Shown: positions 47,438 to 56,956, counted from the first letter of the stretch. The stretch is DNA of 64,000 bases from Chloroflexota bacterium (GCA_031361415.1 JANMCU010000235.1:5123-69122), one strand, 5' to 3'. Numbers and translations: made by a program. Notes: a model not told the origin generated them from the letters alone.

Positions 47438-48212
47438 CGACGGCGACGCCGGACGGGTCGAGGCGATCGCCCTCGTCGGCATCCCCGAGATCGTCGTCGG
47501 CGACGACCTGGCCGGCCGGATCTGCGAGGCGATCGAGGCGACAGCCGACGTCCTCCCGCTCCGACCTGACGACGTCCTCGTCGTCACCCAGAAGATCGTG
47601 TCGAAGGCCGAGGGAGCGATCGTGGACCTCGACACGATCGTGCCGCGACCGGAGGCGGTCGCGTTCGCCGAGCGCTGGGACCGCGATCCGCGCCAGATCG
47701 AGGTCGTTCTGCGCGAGGCCCAGCGGATCGTCCGGATGGAGCACGGTGTCCTGATCACCGAGACAGAGCACGGCTTCATCTGCGCGAACGGCGGGATCGA
47801 CGCATCGAATGTCGGACCGGCGAGCGGCCACATCGTGACCCTCCTGCCGCACGATCCCGACGGCTCGGCGCGCGCGATCCGGGAGGCGGTCCGGGCCCGG
47901 TTCGGCGTCGACGTCCCGGTCATCGTGTCGGATTCGTTCGGGCGGCCGTGGCGCTGGGGGATCACCGACGTGGCGATCGGGGTGTCCGGCCTCATCCCGA
48001 TCGAGGACCTGCGCGGCACGCCCGACGCCGACGGGCGGGTGATGAAGTCTACGATCCGGGCCAGCGCCGACGAAATCGCGTCGGCCGCCGAGCTGGCGCT
48101 TGGCAAAGTTGCCGGCCGTCCTGTCGCCCTCGTCCGGGGGGCCCGGCCGCTGCTCGGCGACGGCTCGATCCGAGACGTACTCATGCCCCGCGAGTACGAC
48201 CTCTTCGCCTGA
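47427..48212 (+). CDS. cofE: coenzyme F420-0:L-glutamate ligase, single-domain
   Basis: CofE family; overlaps cofC by 11 nt; no C-terminal nitroreductase-like domain. Confidence 0.85.
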   Translation: MSADDGDAGRVEAIALVGIPEIVVGDDLAGRICEAIEATADVLPLRPDDVLVVTQKIVSKAEGAIVDLDTIVPRPEAVAFAERWDRDPRQIEVVLREAQRIVRMEHGVLITETEHGFICANGGIDASNVGPASGHIVTLLPHDPDGSARAIREAVRARFGVDVPVIVSDSFGRPWRWGITDVAIGVSGLIPIEDLRGTPDADGRVMKSTIRASADEIASAAELALGKVAGRPVALVRGARPLLGDGSIRDVLMPREYDLFA

Positions 48213-48255
48213 CAGAGTTCCCGGCGGACGGGTTATCCACACCGAATGTGGAAAG

Positions 48256-49572
48256 TCAGGCAGATGCAATGTCAACCCACCGCTCCGTTTGCTGACCCTG
48301 GTAAGCGCGCCCGAGGCTCGGCCGTCGCGCCGGGCCCGACCCCTGCCGACGCGCCGAGCCACCGCGCGCGATCGCGAGCCAGGTGAGGACGGCGCCTGCG
48401 GCATATCCCGCTGCGGCGATCCCGAACAGGGTCGGCAGCCCGAACGCGCCGCCAATCGCCCCGCCGAGGACCGAGCCGACGATTGCGCCGAGGGATTGAG
48501 CGGTCCCGCTGAAGATCCCCTGCGCCGTGGCCTGCACGCCGCGCCCGACCGCACCCGCGACCCAGGTCACGGTCCCGACGTAGAAGAACGAGAAGCCGAC
48601 CCCGCCGAAGGCCGAGGCCAGGACGATTGCGCCCGGCGCGTCGACGAGGGCCGAGATGATCGCCCGGACCGCGAACGCGAACGCCCCGATCACGATCAGC
48701 CGCTCGGCGCCGAAGCGCCGGGCGAGGGCCGGAAAGCCGGACATCAGGAAGACCTCGATCAGGGCGCCGAGCGACCACGTCGCGGCGATCGCGGTCGCGT
48801 CGCCGCCGAGGTCCCGGACCCGGATCGAGATGAAGCCCTGGAGCGCGGCGTGTGACGTCCAGACGACCACCGACGCGACGAAGAACAACCCGAGCCGCGG
48901 TGTCCGCAGGACGCCGAGGATCGACGCCGGCGAGAGCCCGGCGAGCATTCGGTTCGCTGCGCTTGAGCTCCGCCGACCCGCGCCACGTGACGGGGACGAG
49001 GTCGCTCCACCCGGCAGGCGGAGGAGGATGAAGGCGCCGAGCCCGGTCAGGACGACGAGCGGACCGTAGACGAGGAACATCCCGCCCGGACCGGCCCGTC
49101 CGAGCACGGCACCGGTCAGGAACGCGATGACGACGAAGGCGCCTGAGCCGGGTGCCCGGGCCAGGCCGAAGCGGTCGCGGTGGCCGACGAGCCGGACAGT
49201 CTGGCTGTCGATCATCGGGATGACGCCCGCCCACGCCGCGGCGAGGAGGGCGGTCGAGATGGCGATGGCCAGCGGCCCGACCGCGACCGCCAGCAGCAGG
49301 ACCGCGCCGCCCGACAGCAGCCCGGCCACGATGACCGGCCCGCGGACGTCGCCGATGCCGTCGGCGAGGGCGCCCCAGCTCGGAGCCGCCACCAAGCTGA
49401 TCGTCGCGAACAGCGCGATCAGCGCGCCGACGATCCCGAGATCGAGCCCCGTCGAGGCGAGGTAGAGCGGGATGTACGGCAGGTACGCGCCCTGGGCGCC
49501 GAACAGGATCGCGTAGACGATCGCGGGCCGAATGACCGACACGGGCGATGCGGGTCGGGCCGGGGGTTCCAT
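48256..49572 (-). CDS. MFS transporter
   Basis: 12-TM MFS; start at Met of MEPPARP... Confidence 0.8.
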   Translation of the reverse strand: MEPPARPASPVSVIRPAIVYAILFGAQGAYLPYIPLYLASTGLDLGIVGALIALFATISLVAAPSWGALADGIGDVRGPVIVAGLLSGGAVLLLAVAVGPLAIAISTALLAAAWAGVIPMIDSQTVRLVGHRDRFGLARAPGSGAFVVIAFLTGAVLGRAGPGGMFLVYGPLVVLTGLGAFILLRLPGGATSSPSRGAGRRSSSAANRMLAGLSPASILGVLRTPRLGLFFVASVVVWTSHAALQGFISIRVRDLGGDATAIAATWSLGALIEVFLMSGFPALARRFGAERLIVIGAFAFAVRAIISALVDAPGAIVLASAFGGVGFSFFYVGTVTWVAGAVGRGVQATAQGIFSGTAQSLGAIVGSVLGGAIGGAFGLPTLFGIAAAGYAAGAVLTWLAIARGGSARRQGSGPARRPSLGRAYQGQQTERWVDIASA

Positions 49573-49755
49573 GCCGCTCAGCGTGCCCGATCCTGCCGCG
49601 CCGCGTCGGCAGGGCGCAGCCAGCGCACCGGAGACGACACCTCGCCGCCGCGACCGCGGGTCCGCCCGTCTGGGCGTCGATCCGTCGCCGATCTGCAAGG
49701 CCGCCGGGCCGACCGTCCGGGGCCTCCGCCCCCATTGCCCCGTGACCATGGCAGC

Positions 49756-51090
49756 GTGCCGGATACCGTCCTCTTCGAACGCTACCGACTGATCGAGCCG
49801 GCGGGCCGTGGCGGCTCGGCCGAGGTCTGGCGCGCCCTCGACGAGCAGACCGGCGAGCAGGTCGCGGTCAAGCGCCTCCATCCGGTCGTGTTCGCCGATG
49901 CGGCCGGCCGGCAGCGGCTGCGCCGCGAGTTCGACGCCCTCCGCTCGCTCGACGAGCCGCACATCGTGCGCGTCCGCGATCTCCAGTTCGGAGAACGCGA
50001 GGCGGCCCTGGTCCTCGATTTCGTGCCCGGTGAGTCGCTCGCCCAGCGCCTCGCCAGGCAGGTCGCCGACGGAACGCCGATGGCGCCCGAGACCGCCGTC
50101 GCGATCGTCGACGACGTCGCCGCTGCCCTGACCGCCGCCCATGCCGCGGGCATCGTCCATCGCGACGTGACGCCCGCCAACATTCTCCTGACCACCGACG
50201 GCGAGGCCCGCCTGACCGATTTCGGGATCGCCCACGCGAGCGGCGACGACCCGGCAGCGGCCGTGACCGCGGCGGGGCTCCTGATGGGCACGATGCGCTA
50301 CCTCGCCCCGGAGCAGCTGCGCGGCGCGGTCTCGACACCGGCGAGCGACCTTCACGGCCTGGCCGCCATCGCCTACGAGATGCTGGCCGGCCACCCGGCG
50401 TACGCGGCCACCTCACCGGTCGCCCTGGCCGAGGCCCAGGAGGCCGGACCGCCGGCGATCGACGGGGTTCCGGCAGGGGTCGACGCGGCGGTCCGACGAG
50501 GTCTCGCCGTCGACCCCGCGGATCGGCCGGCAGATGTGGCCACGTTCGCGACGAGCTTCGCGGCCGCCGTCGCCGACCAGGTCACCGTGGCGACATCGAT
50601 CGAGGCCCGCGATCAGACGAGGGTCATCCCGATCGTGGCCGCACGTCCAGCCGCGTCGGTCGCAGGCGCGGCGCTCGCCGCCTCGGCGCCGCCGGCAGCC
50701 CCGGTCGTAAGCACAACGCTGACCGTGGCCGATGTCGGCGTCGCGTCGCCGGCTAGAGCCGCCGCAACCCATGGACCGTTGCCTCAGGCGGTCGGCCTGC
50801 GCGATCGCGCGCGCGGCACTGGCGCCGGGCCGGCCCGTCGTCGACTCGGCGGCCTGCCAGCGCCCGTCGCGGTCGTGCTGGGTCTTCTGCTCGCGGTCGG
50901 CCTTCTGGCGGCGGCAACCCTGCCCGGCGGCTTCACGCTGGCCGGCGCGGCCGCCACGCCAAGCCGGATCATCGCCAACGATGGCCCTGCGAGCGCCGGA
51001 CCGAGCCCGTCAGTCGCCCCGCCCAGCACAGTCCCGAAGGGCAAGGGCAACGGCGATGGGAAGGGCCACGGCAAGGGCAACGGCGACTGA
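49756..51090 (+). CDS. Hanks-type Ser/Thr protein kinase with TM segment and Ala/Pro-rich extracytoplasmic region plus KG-rich tail
   Basis: Kinase subdomains (VAVKRL, HRDVTPANILL, DFGIA, APEQ); GTG start. Confidence 0.85.
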   Translation: MPDTVLFERYRLIEPAGRGGSAEVWRALDEQTGEQVAVKRLHPVVFADAAGRQRLRREFDALRSLDEPHIVRVRDLQFGEREAALVLDFVPGESLAQRLARQVADGTPMAPETAVAIVDDVAAALTAAHAAGIVHRDVTPANILLTTDGEARLTDFGIAHASGDDPAAAVTAAGLLMGTMRYLAPEQLRGAVSTPASDLHGLAAIAYEMLAGHPAYAATSPVALAEAQEAGPPAIDGVPAGVDAAVRRGLAVDPADRPADVATFATSFAAAVADQVTVATSIEARDQTRVIPIVAARPAASVAGAALAASAPPAAPVVSTTLTVADVGVASPARAAATHGPLPQAVGLRDRARGTGAGPARRRLGGLPAPVAVVLGLLLAVGLLAAATLPGGFTLAGAAATPSRIIANDGPASAGPSPSVAPPSTVPKGKGNGDGKGHGKGNGD

Positions 51091-51112
51091 CGATCGCCTT
51101 CGATCGCGACGG

Positions 51113-53155
51113 TCAGTCGGACACCACATCGGCGGCGGCGATGATCGCGAGAATGTCCGCGCCGTATTTGTCGAGCTTGGCCGGACCGATCCCCTTGACC
51201 CGCTCGAGGGCGGCGAGGCTGGTCGGCCGGGCGGCCGCGATCGAGGCCAGCGTCTCGTCGTAGGCGACGACGTAGGCCGGCAACTTCTCCTCGCGGGCGC
51301 GATCCGTCCGCCACGCCCGGAGCGCGTCGAAGAGCGGATCCACGCCTGTGGCCGGGCGGGCCCGGACGCGGGTCGTGGATGGAAGCAGACCGCGGCCCGA
51401 TGACCCCGTCCGTGGGGCTGCCGGAGCGAGGCCGGCGAGGAACCGGCTCCGGGTCCGGCGGGTCTCGCGACCACGGGTCTCGCGCCGATCCGCCCATGAC
51501 AGGTGGAGCTGGCGGCGAGCACGAGTGATCCCGACGTAGAGCAGACGCCGCTCCTCCGCGATCGCCGCCTCGTCGTCGAAGGCCTGGCGGATCGGGAGCG
51601 TCCCGTCCTCGAGCATCGGCAGGAACACCGCGTCCCACTCGAGTCCCTTCGCCCGGTGGCAGGTCAGCAGGTTCACCCCGTCCTTGCCGCCGTCGCGCTC
51701 GTGGGCCGCTCGTCGATCGAGCTCCGCTCCGACGCCCGACCGATTCGCGGTCGGGTCGGCGCGGACGACCTCGTCGACGATCGCGAGGATCGTCTCGAGC
51801 GCGGCCGCGCGCTCGCGGGCTTCGTCGCCGCGGGGACCGTCCGGGGTTCCCGCCGCGTCTCCGGGATCGTGCCCCAACTGGTCTCGGAAGGCGGCCCGGA
51901 TCGCCGTGGCAAGGGTCCGCCCGTCGACCTCGGTCTCGAGCCGGCGGATCACCGCCAGCGCGGCCTTGACCTCCGGTCGCTCGTAGAACCGGAGGCCGCG
52001 CACCTGGTAGGCGATCCCCGCCCGGGTCAGGGCCTCCTCGATCGGCGCCAGCTGGGCGTTCATCCGAACGAGGATCGCGATCTCCGCCGGCGCGATTCGG
52101 TCCGGGGCGCCGTCCGCGATCACGCCGCGGATCGTGCGGGTCAGGGCGGCCAACTCCATCGTCCCGTCGGGATATCCCGCGACCGTCGGCAGCGGGCCGT
52201 CCGGTCGGGTGGCGGTCAGCGCCTTGGACCGCCCGTCCGCCGCCAGCAGGCGGTTCGCGAACCCGAGGATCTGCGGGGTGGAGCGATAGTTCTCGGTCAA
52301 TGCGATCACCCGGGCACCCGCGTGCCGGTCCGCGAACCCGGTCAGGTACGACGAGGTCGCCCCGGTGAACGTGTAGATCGTCTGGTCCTCGTCGCCGACG
52401 ACGCAGATGTCGTCGTGCTCGCCGGCCCACAGCTCGAGCAGGCGCTCCTGGTGGGGGTTCGTGTCCTGGTACTCGTCGACGCTGAACCACGTCTTGCGAG
52501 CGCGGACGATCCCGGCCGCGTCGGCGTCGGTTTCGAGCAGAGCGATCGTCTCGGCGAGGAGGTCGTCGAAGTCGATCCGACCGGCCCGCGTCTTGGCCCG
52601 CTCGTAGTCCGCGAACACCCGCCGCATCAGGTCGGCGGGGATCGGCGGCTCGCGCGTTCCGATCGCGGTCTCGTAGTCCGCGGGCCCGATGCCGCGCGCT
52701 TTCGCCCACTCGATCTCGGTCGCGAGATCGCGGACCGCGCTGAAGCGGTAATGACCTGGCAGGCTGCGCGCGCTCCGAATCAGGAAGGGCAGCTTGCTGT
52801 CGAGCAACCCGGGCAGCGGCTCGCCATCGTGGTGCGAGGGCCAGAAGAACCGGAGCTGCGAGAGCGCGTGGGCGTGGAAGGTCCGGGCCACGACTCCGGC
52901 CAGACCGAGGCCGGCCAGCCGGTCGACCATCTCGCCGGCCGCCTTGTCGGTGAACGTCACGATCAGGGCATGGTCGGCCGGCACGATGCCGGTCGCGATC
53001 GCATAGGCGGTTCGCCGGCTGATCACCCGCGTCTTGCCCGTGCCGGCTCCGGCCAGGATCGCGACCGGGCCGCTGGTCGCGACGACGGCCTCGCGCTGGG
53101 CGGCGTTCAGGTCATCGAGCAGGCGGTCGGCGTCGGCCCGCGGTGCGATCGCCAC
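51113..53155 (-). CDS. UvrD/PcrA-family DNA helicase with C-terminal HRDC domain (UvrD2-like)
   Basis: Walker A GAGTGKT, UvrD motifs, C-terminal HRDC; GTG start 13 nt after upstream small gene. Confidence 0.85.
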   Translation of the reverse strand: MAIAPRADADRLLDDLNAAQREAVVATSGPVAILAGAGTGKTRVISRRTAYAIATGIVPADHALIVTFTDKAAGEMVDRLAGLGLAGVVARTFHAHALSQLRFFWPSHHDGEPLPGLLDSKLPFLIRSARSLPGHYRFSAVRDLATEIEWAKARGIGPADYETAIGTREPPIPADLMRRVFADYERAKTRAGRIDFDDLLAETIALLETDADAAGIVRARKTWFSVDEYQDTNPHQERLLELWAGEHDDICVVGDEDQTIYTFTGATSSYLTGFADRHAGARVIALTENYRSTPQILGFANRLLAADGRSKALTATRPDGPLPTVAGYPDGTMELAALTRTIRGVIADGAPDRIAPAEIAILVRMNAQLAPIEEALTRAGIAYQVRGLRFYERPEVKAALAVIRRLETEVDGRTLATAIRAAFRDQLGHDPGDAAGTPDGPRGDEARERAAALETILAIVDEVVRADPTANRSGVGAELDRRAAHERDGGKDGVNLLTCHRAKGLEWDAVFLPMLEDGTLPIRQAFDDEAAIAEERRLLYVGITRARRQLHLSWADRRETRGRETRRTRSRFLAGLAPAAPRTGSSGRGLLPSTTRVRARPATGVDPLFDALRAWRTDRAREEKLPAYVVAYDETLASIAAARPTSLAALERVKGIGPAKLDKYGADILAIIAAADVVSD

Positions 53156-53168
53156 GTCCGACCCCCGA

Positions 53169-53609
53169 TCAGCCCTCGCTCGGCTCTGGCCCGTCGCCGG
53201 GTCCCGGCTCGGCCGATGCCGCGGGGGCGGACAGGGCGGGCTGGGCCGCCGGGGCAGGCGCGACAACCGGTGGCGGAGCCAGGGTTGCGGGCTCGAGGTC
53301 GATCGTCCGCACCTGGCGCGTTCGACCCGCCTCGGTCCGGACGACCGCCGAGGGGATCGCTCCCGTCGTCAGCTTCTCGATCGTCGCGAACTCGCCCGTG
53401 TACAGCCCGGTGCCATTGATCCGGACGCGATCACCGACCTTCAGGCCGGCTCGGCCCGTGCTCGCCGACAGGTTGATCGACGCGACCGTCGGCCGGACGT
53501 ACGGTTCGCCCACCGGTGGACCGCCGGGCCCTCCGGGCTCGCCCGGTCGTGGCGGGCGGGTCGCATTGCGAGGCGGTGGGTAGACGGTCCGGCGCTTGCG
53601 TGGCGGCAC
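53169..53609 (-). CDS. hypothetical small beta-barrel (KOW/SH3-like) protein with Arg/Pro-rich N-terminus
   Basis: GTG with AGGAGGA RBS; GLKVGDRVRINGTGLYTGEFATIEKL motif. Confidence 0.5.
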   Translation of the reverse strand: MPPRKRRTVYPPPRNATRPPRPGEPGGPGGPPVGEPYVRPTVASINLSASTGRAGLKVGDRVRINGTGLYTGEFATIEKLTTGAIPSAVVRTEAGRTRQVRTIDLEPATLAPPPVVAPAPAAQPALSAPAASAEPGPGDGPEPSEG

Positions 53610-53897
53610 TGGCTGAGGGGTCCTCCTGGTTCGATGACGGACGACGATCGTCGAGGCCGCGGGACGCGGCGGTCGATCCGTTCAGGTGCAGCATGCCACA
53701 CCGCGCTCACCCGACGGTCATCGGGCCCTGAGCCGTTCGTGGCGCGTGCCGGACGTACGCCGAAATCCTGCGAAATCGTCAGGCGCCGGACCACGCATCC
53801 GTTCCCCGCCCGGCGACAGACGATTTCGCTATGCGAAATCGCAGACCGGCGCCGAACTGGGGATGGTTGTCGACGGCTGACGATTTCGGAGGGTCTG

Positions 53898-54377
53898 CTA
53901 CGGCTCGCCCGCCAACGAGTCGGTCATGGACGAATCGTCCGCCTCCGCGGCGGCGACGAACCAGGGCAGCAGCGTCGCCCAGCCGCCGTGGTTGCGATCG
54001 CGCCACGGTTCGGCTTCGGCGCCGAGGACCTCCCAGCCGCGATGCTCGATCTCGACCCGCGTCGTGCCCTCCCCCGCGGCGACGAATCGGATCTCGACCT
54101 CGGTCGCGTCTGCGCGATCCCGGCGGAGGTGCCACAGGTAGCCGAGCCGGGCGGGTGGCTCCCAGATCGTGACCTCGCCCCAATCGTGCTCGATCCCGGC
54201 GGGCGTCCGCTCGAAGATCCGGCCGCCGGGTCGCCGCTCGAGGACGACAAGCAAATCGTCCGTGCCGGAGACCGTGTGATCGGCCGGCCACCAGCGATCG
54301 ATATCGGTCGTCCACACGTCGAACGCGTGCTCCTGCGGACAGGCGACCTCGAAGGCCAGGCGGATCGGCTCGAGCAT
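53898..54377 (-). CDS. SRPBCC / AHSA1 (activator of Hsp90 ATPase-like) domain protein
   Basis: AHSA1 family pattern (IRLAFEVACPQEHAFDVWT...). Confidence 0.75.
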   Translation of the reverse strand: MLEPIRLAFEVACPQEHAFDVWTTDIDRWWPADHTVSGTDDLLVVLERRPGGRIFERTPAGIEHDWGEVTIWEPPARLGYLWHLRRDRADATEVEIRFVAAGEGTTRVEIEHRGWEVLGAEAEPWRDRNHGGWATLLPWFVAAAEADDSSMTDSLAGEP

Positions 54378-54757
54378 CAGCGGGTTGATCGGTCGGAGCG
54401 GTTCGACGAGCGCGCGGCGTGCCTCGCCGAGCCTTGCGTGTTTTCTGCCGTCAGCCGGAACCGCGTCGCGGCATCGCCCCACACCCGATCGAGATACGTC
54501 CGGACGGCGGCAAGGCCCTCGTCGTGGAGACGGTACAGGCGACGCGTGCCGCGCGGCTCCTCGACGACGAGCCCGGCCGCCCTCAGCAGCCGGAGATGGC
54601 GCGAGACCGCCGGCCGGCTGATCGGGAGGGCGGCCGCCAGCTCACCGACCGAGCGGCCCTCGGCCCCGCCCGCCCCGAGCAGCTCCACGATCGCCCGCCG
54701 GTTCGGATCCCCGAGCGCCTCGAACGGATCGCCGACGGCCGCCGGCCCGGTCGGCAT
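54377..54757 (-). CDS. ArsR/SmtB family transcriptional regulator
   Basis: HTH_20 (RRAIVELL...VGELAAALPISRPAVSRHLRLLRAAGLV); stop overlaps downstream start (TGATG). Confidence 0.8.
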   Translation of the reverse strand: MPTGPAAVGDPFEALGDPNRRAIVELLGAGGAEGRSVGELAAALPISRPAVSRHLRLLRAAGLVVEEPRGTRRLYRLHDEGLAAVRTYLDRVWGDAATRFRLTAENTQGSARHAARSSNRSDRSTR

Positions 54758-54789
54758 CCGTCAGCGCCTGGCCGCGGCGACGCCAGGCA

Positions 54790-55197
54790 TCACTTCGCTC
54801 GGACCTGGTTGTTCTTCGCGTCGTGGGTCAGCTCGACGAGCCCGAGTGCCTCGAGCAGCGGCGGCATGTACACCCCGAACCGGCCGCGATAGCCCTTCTT
54901 CAGCCCGTACCAGCCGCCGCGCGGGTTGGATTCGGAGCGGCCCCACGCCTCGACCGATCCCTCCGGCGCTGGCTTCTGCTCATCGGCCCCGCCGAGGGGC
55001 ATCCATTCGCCGTGGGCCTCGAGCATCGCGTGGAGCTCGTCGATCGCGCGGGCGTCATAGCTCAGCTTCGTCGAGCCGACCATGCACACGATCTGCGGCG
55101 GATCCGATGCGTCGTCTCGATACATCGTGTAGTCGGAGGTCCCCGGGGCGGTCTTCAGGACCCACGGGTCGGCCTTCGTGCCGATGCCGGTCGCCAT
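54790..55197 (-). CDS. hypothetical protein
   Basis: ATG with GAGGGAG RBS; no recognisable domain. Confidence 0.5.
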   Translation of the reverse strand: MATGIGTKADPWVLKTAPGTSDYTMYRDDASDPPQIVCMVGSTKLSYDARAIDELHAMLEAHGEWMPLGGADEQKPAPEGSVEAWGRSESNPRGGWYGLKKGYRGRFGVYMPPLLEALGLVELTHDAKNNQVRAK

Positions 55198-55363
55198 CGA
55201 GCATCTCCCTCGCGGACGGGATGGGTGGATCGGGTCGCCGTCCGGCACCGATCGGTAATCCGATGGTTACCGTAACCGATCGGTGACCGACGACGCAAGA
55301 CGGGGCCGGTGCCTCACTCGGTCGACCGCCGCGGTCGATCGCACGACGGTCTAGGATGCCCGG

Positions 55364-55675
55364 GTGACCAAGCGATCCGCTCTCGCCGCCGACCTCGTCG
55401 TCAAGGACAACCGCGCCGAGTCGCGCTATGAAGCCTGGCTCGGCGAACGGATGGTCGGGATCGCCGAATACAAGCTGCCCGACGAGGCTGGCCCGATCGT
55501 CTTCGTCCACACGGAGGTCCTGCCCGGGGCCGAAGGCATGGGCGTCGGGCGCAGCCTGGCCCGGGCGGCGCTCGACGACGTCCGGCGGCGCGGCCTCAAG
55601 CTCGTCGCCGAATGCGAGTTCATCGCGGCCTTCCTGAAGCGCCATCCCGAGGATCGCGACCTCCTCGCCGACTGA
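55364..55675 (+). CDS. GNAT-family N-acetyltransferase-like small protein
   Basis: YjdJ/GNAT-like acetyltransferase motif (VFVHTEVLPGAEGMGVGRSLARAAL). Confidence 0.7.
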   Translation: MTKRSALAADLVVKDNRAESRYEAWLGERMVGIAEYKLPDEAGPIVFVHTEVLPGAEGMGVGRSLARAALDDVRRRGLKLVAECEFIAAFLKRHPEDRDLLAD

Positions 55676-55943
55676 CGGGCAGTGAAGGGTGGCCGCGGCC
55701 GCGAACAGCACCCGGATTGGACGCCTTGCGAGAAGTTGGCCGTACATCCGCCCGGGGACTCATGTGGCGACATTCGACCCGGCGACGGCGCCAGGTTCAT
55801 CGGTCTCAGCACGTCGGGACCAATCGGGGCTGGCCCGCGGGCGGCTCCGGGGCCGGACTTCCGCCATACGAGTCCTGGGACGACTGCCGAGCCAGGAATC
55901 GCCTCGGGCTCGCTGGCCAGTCCCAAGCTGACGCTCGCCAGCG

Positions 55944-56663
55944 CTACCCGCCGCGGGTCCGGCCGAGCCACGCGACGAGCGGCAGCAGCAGCATCGGGAT
56001 CTCGAGTCCGGAATAGAGCAGCCCCCCGCCGCGCGAGTTGAGGATCGACGCGACCCAATCGGCCCAGAGCGGGCCAAACGGCAAGCTGAGCGCAACGAGC
56101 ACAGCGAGCCCGAGCCGCCACGATCGGCGTCGCACCCCGAATAGCGCGAACGGCGCGACGGACGGCTTGAGTAGCACGAACGACGCGGCGAACCGACCAG
56201 AGCCGACAACCGCAAGCGCCATCGCCGCCATCGACCAGATCACCGGGTTGCCGGTCCAGACCTTGAGGAGCGTCGTCGGGTTGGACAGGCACAGCGCGAT
56301 CAACGGCCATGCCAGCGGCCGCGGCCGGAGTCGGACGACGACCGCCGCCGTGGTCCCGAGTGGGACGATCCACCACAGGACCGTCGTCACGGTTCCGAGG
56401 ACGCCCGTCGCAGCCGCGAACGGCACGAACAGCCACAGCCCGACCGGCGGGTAGAGCACGTCGCCCGCCCGGATCTCGTACGGACCGCCGAGCTGGTACG
56501 GCTCGTAGAATGGTCCGCCGGCCAGCCAGCGTGCCGTGACGTCGTGGTAGAGCCGGAAGTCAACCCCGAGGGGCTGCTCGAGCGGATGCGGAACGACGAG
56601 CGCGAACGCGACGGGAAGGATGAGGACGGCGACGCTCAGCCCGAGCGCGGTGCGGCGATCCAT
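55944..56663 (-). CDS. DUF2029/GT87-like integral membrane protein
   Basis: Multi-TM, DUF2029-like pattern; start at Met82 of ORF. Confidence 0.6.
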   Translation of the reverse strand: MDRRTALGLSVAVLILPVAFALVVPHPLEQPLGVDFRLYHDVTARWLAGGPFYEPYQLGGPYEIRAGDVLYPPVGLWLFVPFAAATGVLGTVTTVLWWIVPLGTTAAVVVRLRPRPLAWPLIALCLSNPTTLLKVWTGNPVIWSMAAMALAVVGSGRFAASFVLLKPSVAPFALFGVRRRSWRLGLAVLVALSLPFGPLWADWVASILNSRGGGLLYSGLEIPMLLLPLVAWLGRTRGG

Positions 56664-56932
56664 CGCCGCGACGGCATGGCCGAGCGAGCCCAGCCTGGAT
56701 CCAGGGGCGATCTGCACCGGCTCATGATGCGCGACAGCACGACCGGGGAGGACCCGATCAAGCCTGATGCACGGGAGGCGGGGCGGGAAGGCGACTGCGC
56801 GGGCCGCCCCTCCGCGGCCGAGGCCGCGGCGCGTGGGTGTCAGTCGCGGGCGGCCGGAGACAGCGCCTGGACAGGTCGCCGTCCGTGATGGCGCCGTCCA
56901 TCTCACACTCGTCCTGGCCGGCCGCTTGACAA

Positions 56933-56956
56933 GTTACTTAGTGATCACTAAGTTAC
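56933..56956. promoter_or_regulatory. 24-bp near-perfect palindrome (TetR operator) ending 5 nt before tetR start
   Basis: gttacttagtga|tcactaagttac (1 mismatch). Confidence 0.55.

Noticed and set aside
48257-48267. Third copy of TGCAATGTC motif
   Set aside because: Lies inside the last codons of the minus-strand MFS gene, antisense (encodes ...WVDIASA), with no downstream plus-strand gene nearby. Probably coincidental, unlike the two upstream 17-mer copies.
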